NCBI GenBank assembly: GCA_964653635.1
Contig: CAZZGZ010000001.1
Location: 73,986 to 137,985, forward strand
From: an uncultured Lachnospiraceae bacterium
GTDB lineage: Bacteria > Bacillota > Clostridia > Christensenellales > UBA1242
DNA: 64,000 nucleotides
Direction: 5' to 3'
Below are positions 18,645 to 28,400 of the stretch, one piece after another. Both the position numbers and the translations under genes were made by a program. Under the pieces are notes generated by a model, which made no database searches, was not told the origin of the DNA, and saw only the letters and a program-made list of their open reading frames with translations. Each line of letters starts with the position of its first letter. The stretch's first letter is position 1.

Positions 18645-19313
18645 CTAAAATAATCCCCAAAAAGAAAAAAATAAATTTTCTATTCCAACAAGGACAAATC
18701 TCGCATATAGTTCATATAATCCAAAAACCACTAAAACTACAAGTAGTAACATACCAAATTGTCTCATAAAATTAGAATAAGCATTATGTGGACGCAAGAA
18801 CGTTTCAATAAAGTTAAATCCATCAAGGGGATATATCGGCAAGAGATTGAATGTAGCAAGCGACAAGTTGATTACCACTAAAAATTGCAACAAATAGCCA
18901 ATCAAGAATAAAAACATGTTCGATGCTGAAAGCAAAGCTTCTCCAAAGAAATAATATAGCCCCGAAAAGATGAAAGCAAGTATTAAATTTGTAATTATGC
19001 CTGCCAATGAAATAAGTACTCGTCCTTTTTTATAAGAGCGACAATTCAAATAATTTATCGGTACAGGCTTAGCCCATCCAAAGCCCACTATCAAAAATGA
19101 TAAGAGTCCAAACGTATCAAAATGTTTAAAAGGATTAAGCGTAAGTCTGCCCGCTAACTTAGCTGTTTTATCTCCACACCAATAAGCAACCACACCATGT
19201 GAAACCTCATGGCATACAATAGCTAGTGTGACTGAAAAAAGATAAGCAAACAAAATTACTATTAGTTCTAAAAACGAAACCTGACCTACTAGGTTAATGA
19301 TGTAATAAAGCAT
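18645..19313 (-). CDS. Site-2 protease family (peptidase M50) membrane protein
   Basis: HEVSHG zinc motif within TM1, NLLPIYPLDG motif, multi-pass membrane protein. Confidence 0.85.
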   Translation of the reverse strand: MLYYIINLVGQVSFLELIVILFAYLFSVTLAIVCHEVSHGVVAYWCGDKTAKLAGRLTLNPFKHFDTFGLLSFLIVGFGWAKPVPINYLNCRSYKKGRVLISLAGIITNLILAFIFSGLYYFFGEALLSASNMFLFLIGYLLQFLVVINLSLATFNLLPIYPLDGFNFIETFLRPHNAYSNFMRQFGMLLLVVLVVFGLYELYARFVLVGIENLFFSFWGLF

Positions 19314-19318
19314 AACAT

Positions 19319-19346
19319 ATTATAACATAGATATTCGTAAATTCAA
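19319..19346 (-). promoter_or_regulatory. Sigma-A-type promoter of the M50-scpA-scpB operon (likely leaderless mRNA)
   Basis: TTGAAT - 16 nt - TATAAT on the minus strand. The -10 ends 5 nt before the ATG at 19313, and there is no SD. Confidence 0.55.
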
Positions 19347-19562
19347 AACAAAATAAGATTTAAAAATATGATATATTTTGTATTATTATAGATAGATATC
19401 ATAAAAAAAGTAGTCAAGTCAACTTGGAATTCACCTCAACTTTACCGACTTATCATTTATCTAATAAGTTTTAAGAAGTTTTTGCAAGAAAATTTTCTAT
19501 CACATTTTTTTGCATAAAGTCGTTAATTATTTAGCAACATGAAATAGATAGTTACTAAATAT

Positions 19563-19600
19563 TGTATTTGTATGCACATAATATACACTACATAATGCTA
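19563..19600 (-). repeat. AT-rich quasi-palindromic element, copy C
   Basis: tgtatttgtatgcacataatatacactacataatgcta. GTATGCAC-ATAAT core. Abuts and includes the stop codon at 19598-19600. Confidence 0.5.
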
Positions 19601-20188
19601 CAATCTTTTACTATTTTTTTCGTTTTTTACTTCCAACTCTTTTATTTTTTTGTGCAGAGTTTCTAAGAATTTAAATGCAAGATCATCAGCTACAACACGC
19701 TCCGAAAAAGTGCCGTTGTTATATCTATCATCTTTGTCTCTATTTAAGACCGCCTGTTCTAATTTTCTAAATCTCCTGTTATTTTCAGACTTATTAGATG
19801 AAAAGAAGAATAATAGTGGTACTTCATACAATTTTTCGATGTCTTTTTCTACATCTTCGACTATGCCATTGTATCCACTTGGGGCTTTATATTTTTCGCC
19901 ATGACAATCACAAATAATTAACTCTCCATCACAATCTCTACAAAGAGCGTATCCATTATTGATTTTGATGACCTGACGATATAGTCCTGTACAATTTAAA
20001 AGTGGAACAGATGCTAAATCTTTTGAATAAGTGCAGTCAATAGTGTAAAAATAAGGATTTTCATTCACCCTTATCAAAAAACCATTCCCGAAAACTTTTA
20101 TGCTGTTGTAATTACAACTAATACGCTTACCTTCATATGTGAAAAAGTACTCTTTACCATCTTGTTGAATCTCTATATTTTTATTCAT
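19598..20188 (-). CDS. Hypothetical protein (196 aa)
   Basis: ORF whose N-terminal half weakly resembles WG-type beta repeats, with a charged helical C-terminus. No firm motif. Confidence 0.55.
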   Translation of the reverse strand: MNKNIEIQQDGKEYFFTYEGKRISCNYNSIKVFGNGFLIRVNENPYFYTIDCTYSKDLASVPLLNCTGLYRQVIKINNGYALCRDCDGELIICDCHGEKYKAPSGYNGIVEDVEKDIEKLYEVPLLFFFSSNKSENNRRFRKLEQAVLNRDKDDRYNNGTFSERVVADDLAFKFLETLHKKIKELEVKNEKNSKRL

Positions 20189-20267
20189 AAATATATATAT
20201 GTATAAAAATAAAAAAAATGTTTGAGAATTTTACGATTTTGTATATACTAAGTGTAAGGAGAAAAAT

Positions 20268-21758
20268 ATGAACGAAAAACAAAAGATTGGCTTTGATAGT
20301 AAAAAATATATAAAACTTCAAAGTGAAAACATCAAAAAAAGAATTAAAAAATTTAGTAAATTATACATGGAAATTGGTGGCAAAATATTTGATGATCTAC
20401 ATGCACAACGAGTACTTCCTGGTTTCGCCCCCGATACAAAAGTTCAGATTTTGGAAACTCTTAAAGACGACCTAGAAATAATAATATGCGTTTCAGCTAA
20501 CGATATTGAAAGAAACAGGGTAAGAGATGACCTTGGACTTTCTTATGCCGACGAAGTATTAAGACTTGCAGACAACTTACGTTCAAGGCAACTAAATGTT
20601 TCCTCATTCGTAGTAACAATGTTCAAAGGACAACCATCTGCAGAAAAATTTGGAATGAAATTACAAAGCCGTGGTGAAACTGTATATTTTCATAGTTACA
20701 CTAAAGGCTATCCAAAAGACGTAGACACGATAGTGTCGGACGAAGGATATGGGGCAAATCCTTACATAAAAACAACTAAATCACTTGTAGTCGTCACCGC
20801 CCCTGGAGCTTCAAGCGGTAAACTTGCCACATGCCTATCACAACTCTATCATGAATATAAATTGGGGCATAATGCGGGTTATGCCAAATATGAAACCTTT
20901 CCAGTTTGGGACTTACCTTTAAAAAGCGCCGTAAATATTGCTTATGAAGCGGCGACCGCTGATATACATGATATAAATGAAATCGACCCATACCATTTCA
21001 ATGCGTATGGAATACTTTCAGTTAATTATAATCGTGATATTGAAGTATTTCCTATCGTGGACAATATCCTGCAAAAAATCATGGGTAAAAAAATCTATAA
21101 ATCACCAACTGACATGGGTGTAAATATGATTTCAAAGGCAATTATAGACAATGAAATAATTGAAGATGCTGCGAAAAAGGAAATCGTTAGACGATACTAT
21201 CGTGCTGAATGCGATTATAAAAAAGGAAAAATTTCACAAGATAATCTTGATCGAAACAGAGTCCTATTGCACGACGCAGGTATAACTCCAAGTTATTTAA
21301 AACCAACTGTCATCGCAAAACATGCAAGCAAAGAGAGTGGGTATCCTTGTGTAGCATTAATGCTAGATGATACAAATTATGTCGTAGGAAAAAATAAAAA
21401 GATTGTCTCCGCCGCAGGTGCAGTCATCTTGAATGCTCTAAGAACTTTATCAAATCTTGGAGATGATTTTGATGTTATCTCAGATGAAATACTGATGCCC
21501 ATAGTAAAGTTAAGAACGGAAATTTTAAAATATGAATCCGGCGTGCTTTCCGTAAACGACATTTTAATCGCCCTTTCAATTTGTTCAACCACCAATAACA
21601 AAGCTAAAAAGGCTCTCTCAGTAATCGATAAACTTAAAGGGCTTGATGCTCACGCTACTTATATACTCCGAGATAGTGAAGAACAAACTCTCAAAAAACT
21701 CGGTATCAACATCACATGCGAACCTCAATACCTAGATAATAAACTCTTTCATGAATAA
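20268..21758 (+). CDS. DUF1846 (UPF0371) family protein
   Basis: The N-terminus GFDSKKYIKLQSENIKKRI...GGKIFDDLHAQRVLPGFAPDTK is characteristic of UPF0371. AAGGAG RBS. Confidence 0.8.
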   Translation: MNEKQKIGFDSKKYIKLQSENIKKRIKKFSKLYMEIGGKIFDDLHAQRVLPGFAPDTKVQILETLKDDLEIIICVSANDIERNRVRDDLGLSYADEVLRLADNLRSRQLNVSSFVVTMFKGQPSAEKFGMKLQSRGETVYFHSYTKGYPKDVDTIVSDEGYGANPYIKTTKSLVVVTAPGASSGKLATCLSQLYHEYKLGHNAGYAKYETFPVWDLPLKSAVNIAYEAATADIHDINEIDPYHFNAYGILSVNYNRDIEVFPIVDNILQKIMGKKIYKSPTDMGVNMISKAIIDNEIIEDAAKKEIVRRYYRAECDYKKGKISQDNLDRNRVLLHDAGITPSYLKPTVIAKHASKESGYPCVALMLDDTNYVVGKNKKIVSAAGAVILNALRTLSNLGDDFDVISDEILMPIVKLRTEILKYESGVLSVNDILIALSICSTTNNKAKKALSVIDKLKGLDAHATYILRDSEEQTLKKLGINITCEPQYLDNKLFHE

Positions 21759-21800
21759 AAAACACACTTATGCAAATTTCTAATATACCTAAAAATTACA

Positions 21801-21836
21801 AAACTTCCACACCATAACATGTGGAAGTTTTTTTCA
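21801..21836 (+). terminator. Terminator of the DUF1846 gene
   Basis: AAACTTCCACA - 8-nt loop - TGTGGAAGTTT followed by a T-run. Confidence 0.85.
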
Positions 21837-22007
21837 GACAATTATTATTGTTATCTTTAAAAAATCAATCTGTATTAATTTATACCATTTCATGACTATT
21901 TATATTATTCGAACGTAAATTAACTAGGCATATGACAATTTAAATTTTTAATAAATTGACTACTATTGAAGTGAAACAAATTATTCCATAATTTAGTTTA
22001 AGCATTA

Positions 22008-24005
22008 TTAAACACCTCGTCCGCCACCGCCTCCATGACCGCCACCGCCAAAATGTCCACCACTACCACTTCTACCATGCGTTGAAACAGTTGTAGCCAT
22101 TTTTGTTGCCATAGAAGCATAATACCGTGTATAACCGCTTACGAATGAAGATGAAATATGATTTATGACAATTCCACAATATATTGCATTAATTACTTGT
22201 GAGTTGTTTGTTTGAATCCATATTGGAGCATTTATAGGTATTGACTTAAACTTCTCTTCCCAAATATCGGAAACACCTAAAACTTGAGCATAAGGGAGTA
22301 CATTATAATAAAGATTTGGCTCATCCTTCAACATCATTTCAAGTTTATCTTTTTCTGTGGCTGTAATAAAAGCTTTAAAACCATCTATTTGTCCTAACAA
22401 ATCAATATAAGAGTCCGAACGAACAACACATTTTTCCTCCAGTATTGCAAGAATTACACCCGATATCATAACAATTAGCAATGCAACTATGCTGAACTTT
22501 AATAATGCCATGATTATTGCAAGAATAACAAATAATATAAATAATTTAAAATATGTTTTAAAAGCCTCCTTACGAGATATGAGTAGCTGATTTCCTATTT
22601 CGTATGCAAAAATTCCGCCAACTGCAATGATTAAAAATTGCCAAAAATCCAAATTTGTTTGCAATAAAGCAACTCCACCCTGCACAAAATCAATTATACT
22701 TACAAATATACCAGAAAACACGAGAAAAAGTGTAGATAAAAAACTTATAAACAAAGAGCGTTTTTCACCACTTTCTTTGTACATAGCTTCCTTGTTAGGT
22801 AAAATCTTGTCAAAATCAAGTTGTTTTTTCATAGTTGAAAGACTGGAATAAAAGCTGTCACTAAGATTTGAAACTAAAACATCCTTACCTGATGCAAAAA
22901 GTGATTTATAAAACGTAACAACATATGCAGGCATTGTATTATCTTCTATGCTTCGCTCAGTAGCTACTAATCGAATATTTTTTGCTTTTTCGTCTTCAAC
23001 TACTACGTTTAAATATCCATTTTGAGCAAGATAATATACTAAAGAGAAAATATCTTTGTCATCCACTCTTCCATCATAGTATTTCCCAATTTTTAAAGGA
23101 TCAAGATTAAATGGTGGAGTAAACGTTACAACGGGGACTCTTAATTTTTCTTTTTCTCTCGTCAAAAACGTAATTACAGCCATAATAATAACCACTAATG
23201 CAAATATCCCAACTATCAATAAACCTGCATTTAAGCCTAAGAAATTTGAAAATTTATACCAAAATGTGTTCGTTGTTGAAAGCAGTCCATCCTCAAACTC
23301 GAAGTAACCAGTAATACCACATGCACTTTCCCCATCAATCGAGTTTAGTGGCAAAAGTTCTGAGGTCAACTCTACTATATACAAATCATCACTTAAATAT
23401 TTATTAATAGTGGCATAACTATTAGTTTCACTTCCTAAATCTCCTGAATAATATTCCTCATTTATCGGTGTGTATGGCAAAATAAATTTTGCAGTAACGT
23501 TGTTAAGTGGAACTGTCCAACCATAACCTATAATGTTTAGTACAATCGCATTATCCCCTGCCTCATCAACAGGGACAATATAATCATAAGTAAGCGTATA
23601 TGAAATAGTTTTGCCCGTTTTTAATTCGTTCCCTTTAAGATATACTGAAGCAAAGCCAGATATATCACGATTAGTAACATAATAATTAAAATCGCTGTCA
23701 TTACATGTAGCTTTTAAATTGGTTACCACTTCACCCGCATTTGTAGGTATGTCACGAATTATCCCATGACTAGATGACCCAGTAAATTTTACTGTAATAA
23801 CTTCAGTAACTGCAATAGTTCGATTTTCACCAACTACCATTGTAACATCATAACTTTCTACAGAATAAGAAGTGTTGCCTATATTTGTAACTTTAAAAAG
23901 TGTAAAGTAAGCAAATATTACAACGATAACAAGCATTATAATTAGAACTAATTTTTGAAATTTCGACCTTGTATGTTTTTGAATTAATGCCGAAATGTTG
24001 GCCAT
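22008..24005 (-). CDS. DUF2207-family membrane protein with a Gly-rich C-terminal tail
   Basis: N-terminal TM, an extracytoplasmic beta-rich domain and several C-terminal TMs. Tail is GRSGSGGHFGGGGHGGGGGRG. Follows LemA, as is usual for the family. Confidence 0.8.
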   Translation of the reverse strand: MANISALIQKHTRSKFQKLVLIIMLVIVVIFAYFTLFKVTNIGNTSYSVESYDVTMVVGENRTIAVTEVITVKFTGSSSHGIIRDIPTNAGEVVTNLKATCNDSDFNYYVTNRDISGFASVYLKGNELKTGKTISYTLTYDYIVPVDEAGDNAIVLNIIGYGWTVPLNNVTAKFILPYTPINEEYYSGDLGSETNSYATINKYLSDDLYIVELTSELLPLNSIDGESACGITGYFEFEDGLLSTTNTFWYKFSNFLGLNAGLLIVGIFALVVIIMAVITFLTREKEKLRVPVVTFTPPFNLDPLKIGKYYDGRVDDKDIFSLVYYLAQNGYLNVVVEDEKAKNIRLVATERSIEDNTMPAYVVTFYKSLFASGKDVLVSNLSDSFYSSLSTMKKQLDFDKILPNKEAMYKESGEKRSLFISFLSTLFLVFSGIFVSIIDFVQGGVALLQTNLDFWQFLIIAVGGIFAYEIGNQLLISRKEAFKTYFKLFILFVILAIIMALLKFSIVALLIVMISGVILAILEEKCVVRSDSYIDLLGQIDGFKAFITATEKDKLEMMLKDEPNLYYNVLPYAQVLGVSDIWEEKFKSIPINAPIWIQTNNSQVINAIYCGIVINHISSSFVSGYTRYYASMATKMATTVSTHGRSGSGGHFGGGGHGGGGGRGV

Positions 24006-24047
24006 AAAAATCTCCTTAAAAAATTAAAGTGACATATGCCACTCTAA

Positions 24048-24623
24048 TTAAAACTTAACTTGTGGAGCAACCTTCTCTTCTTCGTTTACAATTTCAAAAA
24101 GGTCTTTCTTTTCAAATTTATAGTGTTTTGCTATAACATTCGATGGGAAAACTTCCCGTCTATTATTATAAAGCTTTACACAGCCATTATAATATTTTCT
24201 AGAACTAGCAATTTCATTTTCAAGTTCCTTTAAAGTTCGAGATAACTCTTGAAAGTTTGAATTTGCTTGTAATTGAGGATAATTTTCAGTGACATTGAAA
24301 AGTGTCTTAAGTGTGCCAGTAAGCATATTTTCTGCTTTTGCTTTTTCTGTAGTGTCATTTGCAGACATACATGAATAACGTGCTTGCATTACACCTTCCA
24401 ACGTTTTTTCCTCATGTTTTGCATACCCCTTGACAGTCTCTACAAGGTTGGGAATAAGGTCATAACGTTTTTTCATATAAACGTCCATTGTCGAATAGCC
24501 TTCATCTGCATTATTTCTAAGTTTGATAAGTGAATTGTAAGTATTTACCCACCATATTATAAAACTCAAAACCAAAACAACCACTAAAACAGCAACAACT
24601 ATTCCGATTATCATCCCGATCAT
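24048..24623 (-). CDS. LemA family protein
   Basis: Single N-terminal TM, then YNSLIKLRNNADEGYSTMDVYMKKRYDLIPNLVETVKGYAKHE...RKYYNG. Confidence 0.9.
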   Translation of the reverse strand: MIGMIIGIVVAVLVVVLVLSFIIWWVNTYNSLIKLRNNADEGYSTMDVYMKKRYDLIPNLVETVKGYAKHEEKTLEGVMQARYSCMSANDTTEKAKAENMLTGTLKTLFNVTENYPQLQANSNFQELSRTLKELENEIASSRKYYNGCVKLYNNRREVFPSNVIAKHYKFEKKDLFEIVNEEEKVAPQVKF

Positions 24624-25003
24624 AATTAAAACTCCTTGACTTGATTATAACATATACAACTAAAAAATACAAACATTTTTACATAAATAATATTTATAAA
24701 AAAAATAGACATTTATTACAAAAAAGTTGCAAAAAAAACAAAAAAGTTGTATTATTTAATAAAACTATAGAAAAAATTTATAAACAAAAAAACTAAAATT
24801 TTTAACTTAATGACAAAATCTTATTTGAAAATTTTAATATTTATAAATTGTCTGCTACATGTATTAATTTTAATATAATTTATTGATAATTTACGAAAAA
24901 CTAAATTTGATTAATCTAATTGATAAAAATATTCAGATCACTTTCATGCCAAAAAACATACTCGATTTTATAAGTTAAAATTTAATTAAAAAGGAGGTTA
25001 ATA

Positions 25004-25804
25004 ATGATTGACAATGATGGAATTAAACGTCCAGATGACCCACATGCTCACCAAATACCAGTTAAAAAATGCAAAAAACGTTCTACATTCGATGCTAATT
25101 ATCAATACGTCATTAAAAAAAATCCCTTTTTTACTATATGGTCTTCTTTCATTCGCTTTCTAGCATGGTGCGTGTTTAAACCATATTGTCACCTTGTTTG
25201 TGGTCTTAAAATCAAAGGTAAAAAGAATTTAAAAAAAGTCAAGAAAACTGGCTTTATTGTTGTAAATAATCATGTGCATTGCCTTGATGTTGTTATGATA
25301 GGCACATGTGTTTTACAAGTAAGAAAAATATACATTTCAGTTATGCCAGAAAGTATTCAACGGAGCGTTGTAGGTAGAATTTTGCGTTCACTATGTGCCA
25401 TTCCAATTCCAGATACAGTATCTGGAATGAAATCATTTTCAAAAGATATCCAGTATGTATTAGAAAATCACAATGGGCTAGTATTTTGTGCTGAAGGTTC
25501 CCTATGGCCTTATTATCGAAATATAAGACCATTTAAGAAAGGTGCCTTCTTATATGCTGTCAATAACAATGTACCAATCCTACCTATGGTTATACTTTTT
25601 CGAAAACGTAAACATTCTAATAAATCTCCATTCAAATTTACTATCCAAGTTGGTGAACCGATATATGCAAATCAACAACTTGAAAACAAAAATGAAAAAG
25701 TTGAAGATTTACTTCAACGCACACAAACTTATTTTACAAAAGTTGCAAATGAGCATTATTCAGACCCTAAAAATGGTTTTGTAGAAATAGATAATAATAT
25801 TTAG
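25004..25804 (+). CDS. Lysophospholipid acyltransferase (PlsC/LPLAT family)
   Basis: H(X)4D motif NHVHCLD and a second motif CAEGSLWPY. AAGGAGG RBS. Confidence 0.75.
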   Translation: MIDNDGIKRPDDPHAHQIPVKKCKKRSTFDANYQYVIKKNPFFTIWSSFIRFLAWCVFKPYCHLVCGLKIKGKKNLKKVKKTGFIVVNNHVHCLDVVMIGTCVLQVRKIYISVMPESIQRSVVGRILRSLCAIPIPDTVSGMKSFSKDIQYVLENHNGLVFCAEGSLWPYYRNIRPFKKGAFLYAVNNNVPILPMVILFRKRKHSNKSPFKFTIQVGEPIYANQQLENKNEKVEDLLQRTQTYFTKVANEHYSDPKNGFVEIDNNI

Positions 25805-25982
25805 TTATGATGTTGTGTTATTTTTTACAATCACACCCTTTATCTATATACCAAAATATCAAATTTTTATAAAATTTATATTGTTTTTTATATTTAGTTT
25901 TAAAATCAATCAATTATAATCATCGACTTATGCCGTCGAATAAGAATTAATAAATGTATATTTTGCTAAAATAATATCCTTA

Positions 25983-27512
25983 CTAGAAATATTTTTTATC
26001 CAATGTTCTGAAACTTATACTCTCTAATATGTGTTCAATTTTAATATCCCTTACCCCCTCAAGATCAGCTATTGTTCTTGCCACTTTTAAAATTCTGTCA
26101 TGTGCACGTGCTGAAAGTTTTAATTTATTGAATGCACGTTCCATAATTATCTCACCATCTTTGGTTAGAGTGCAGTATTTCTTCATTTGAGAAACGTTCA
26201 TTTTAGCATTACAGAAAATATTATCATTCTTAAATCTTTCAAGTTGAATTTTTCTTGCTTTATCAACACGTATTTTTATCTCAGCAGATGTCTCCTCTTT
26301 TTCTTCACTTTTAATATCTGCGTATTCAACACTATCTACCTCAACATGCATGTCAATTCTATCCATTATAGGCCCTGAAAGTTTAGAAAGATACTTATGA
26401 ATTTGCATTTGAGAACAAGTACATGTTCTATTTGTTGCCCCAAAATTTCCACAAGGACATGGATTCATGCTTGCAATTAGTGTGAATGATGCAGGATATG
26501 TAATCGTGGATTGTGCACGTGCAACTGTAATAATACCATCCTCAAGGGGTTGACGAAGTGTTTCAATTAGTTGTCTAGAATACTCAGGAAACTCATCCAA
26601 AAATAGGACACCATTATGTGCAAGTGAAATTTCTCCCGGCTTACTTTTCGCCCCACCACCTGTCATAGCAACAGATGACGCAGTATGGTGCGGAGTTCTG
26701 ATTGGTCTTGAAGACACTATTCCTTCCTCATAATCCAAAATACCTGCGATTGAATGAATCTTTGTCACTTCAAGTGCTTCTTCAAATGTCATGTCAGGCA
26801 ATATGCCAGCAAAACATTTAGCAAGCATACTTTTACCACTACCAGGCGGACCAATCATGATAACATTATGACCTCCCGCAGCAGCAATCTCTAACGCACG
26901 TTTTGCCAATTTTTGTCCTTTTACATCTGAAAAATCTAGGTAATTTTGTTTCTTTCTTATTGCAACTTCAAAGGATTTCATTTGAACAGGTTCTATTTTA
27001 ATATTTCCACGTAAATATTCCACCACATCTTTAAGTTTGTCACAAGAATAACACTCAATCCCTTCAATAAAGCTAGCTTCACTTTCATTTGCTTTAGGTA
27101 TAATAAATCTTTTATACCCTTGTTCCCTTGCAGCAATCAAAAGAGGTAAAACACCTCTTGCACGAGCAAGTCTACCATCTAGACCAAGTTCCCCAATCAT
27201 TATAATATTTTTGCATTTTTCACTCATTATTTGGTCAGAAGCACACAAAATTGCAATAGCAATAGGCAAGTCATAAAGTGTGCCATCTTTTTTTATGTCA
27301 GCAGGTGCGAGGTTGACTGTATAGTGGCGAAGTGGAAATTCATAGCCAGAATGTGTAATTGCTAACCTTACTCTTTCACTGGCTTCCTTGACAGCTGTCT
27401 CAGCAAGTCCAACAACTGTAAATTTATGTTGACCTCGGGACACATCAACCTCAACATTTAGTGGAAAACCTTCAAGCCCCATAAGTCCAAAACTTTTCAA
27501 TGTAGCAAGCAT
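25983..27512 (-). CDS. comM: YifB/ComM-family Mg-chelatase-like AAA+ ATPase
   Basis: Lon-like N-terminal domain, Walker A GPPGSGKS, Walker B LFLDEFPE and a C-terminal ChlI domain. Confidence 0.92.
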   Translation of the reverse strand: MLATLKSFGLMGLEGFPLNVEVDVSRGQHKFTVVGLAETAVKEASERVRLAITHSGYEFPLRHYTVNLAPADIKKDGTLYDLPIAIAILCASDQIMSEKCKNIIMIGELGLDGRLARARGVLPLLIAAREQGYKRFIIPKANESEASFIEGIECYSCDKLKDVVEYLRGNIKIEPVQMKSFEVAIRKKQNYLDFSDVKGQKLAKRALEIAAAGGHNVIMIGPPGSGKSMLAKCFAGILPDMTFEEALEVTKIHSIAGILDYEEGIVSSRPIRTPHHTASSVAMTGGGAKSKPGEISLAHNGVLFLDEFPEYSRQLIETLRQPLEDGIITVARAQSTITYPASFTLIASMNPCPCGNFGATNRTCTCSQMQIHKYLSKLSGPIMDRIDMHVEVDSVEYADIKSEEKEETSAEIKIRVDKARKIQLERFKNDNIFCNAKMNVSQMKKYCTLTKDGEIIMERAFNKLKLSARAHDRILKVARTIADLEGVRDIKIEHILESISFRTLDKKYF

Positions 27513-27657
27513 TCTATTCTCCTAATAATATTTTTAGTACATTTTAACACAAATAATAAATTTTATCAAATTAATTTGTGATATTAACAATTTGTTATAA
27601 TTTTGTTATAATTTATATTTTTAAATTATATTTTTTAAAAAAAATAAGTTTGACGTA

Positions 27658-27686
27658 TTGACAAAAAACAAAATTTCATATATAAT
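27658..27686 (+). promoter_or_regulatory. Consensus sigma-A promoter
   Basis: TTGACA - 17 nt - TATAAT, 21 nt upstream of the ATG at 27708, with an AAAGGAG RBS in between. Confidence 0.7.
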
Positions 27687-27707
27687 AGAAAATCAAAGGA
27701 GAATAAA

Positions 27708-28151
27708 ATGCTTTTTAAAATTATAGAAGATTACGAATGGACAAACAATCCAGCAAATTTAAAAAAATATATTACAGAACATTCAAATGAAAACATTGAT
27801 AGCCAACGTGATGGACGTGGTGCTACAGCATTGACTTACGCATGTGGCTATAACAATATTACATTAGCTTTCATATTTGCATATTATGGTGCAAACAAAT
27901 ATGAATGCGATGTTTTTGGAGTACCTGCAATTAGATATTCATCTACTCCATACATCATATCTGAAGCTATTATGATCAGTCAATATGTGCGAAAATTTTT
28001 CCCAAATGCTGATATTGATACCATTTTTGAAATGGCTAACGATGTCACTATTATACTATCAGATAGGTCAATTTCTTTATACGAAGATTGTTGTGAAATT
28101 GCCAAAGAATTAGTAGATAAATATAAGATTCAAAACAAACAAGAAAAGTAA
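27708..28151 (+). CDS. Hypothetical protein with one ankyrin-like repeat
   Basis: DGRGATALTYACGYNNITLAFIFAYYGANKYECDVFGVPA fits the ANK pattern (G.T.L..A.......LL..GA....D..G..). Confidence 0.55.
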   Translation: MLFKIIEDYEWTNNPANLKKYITEHSNENIDSQRDGRGATALTYACGYNNITLAFIFAYYGANKYECDVFGVPAIRYSSTPYIISEAIMISQYVRKFFPNADIDTIFEMANDVTIILSDRSISLYEDCCEIAKELVDKYKIQNKQEK

Positions 28152-28164
28152 ATTATTTTTTATA

Positions 28165-28200
28165 TTTAGTACCTAGTATGTGCATACCATTACCACATAT
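28165..28200 (+). repeat. AT-rich quasi-palindromic element, copy D (inverted relative to the other copies)
   Basis: tttagtacctagtatgtgcataccattaccacatat. Its reverse complement aligns with copy G (GTGGTA.T.GTATGCACATAC). It lies 14 nt after the stop of the plus-strand gene. Confidence 0.55.
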
Positions 28201-28344
28201 TGACATAAATTAATCAAATGTATGAATATATTATGTAATTAAATAAATCACATGCAAAGAATTGAAAATTATAATAATACCATTTTTCTTTCTTTGAACA
28301 TATACAAAATACCCTTATGTAACATTTTCCATTGTTACATAAAT

Positions 28345-28376
28345 AAAAATAAACACAGATTATGTGTTTATTTTTT
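28345..28376. terminator. Bidirectional terminator between convergent genes
   Basis: AAACACA - gatta - TGTGTTT flanked by A-runs and T-runs. A second hairpin, TATGTAACA/TGTTACATA, lies at 28313-28343. Confidence 0.75.
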
Positions 28377-28400
28377 ATTTTATTTATGATGTTGCTCACT

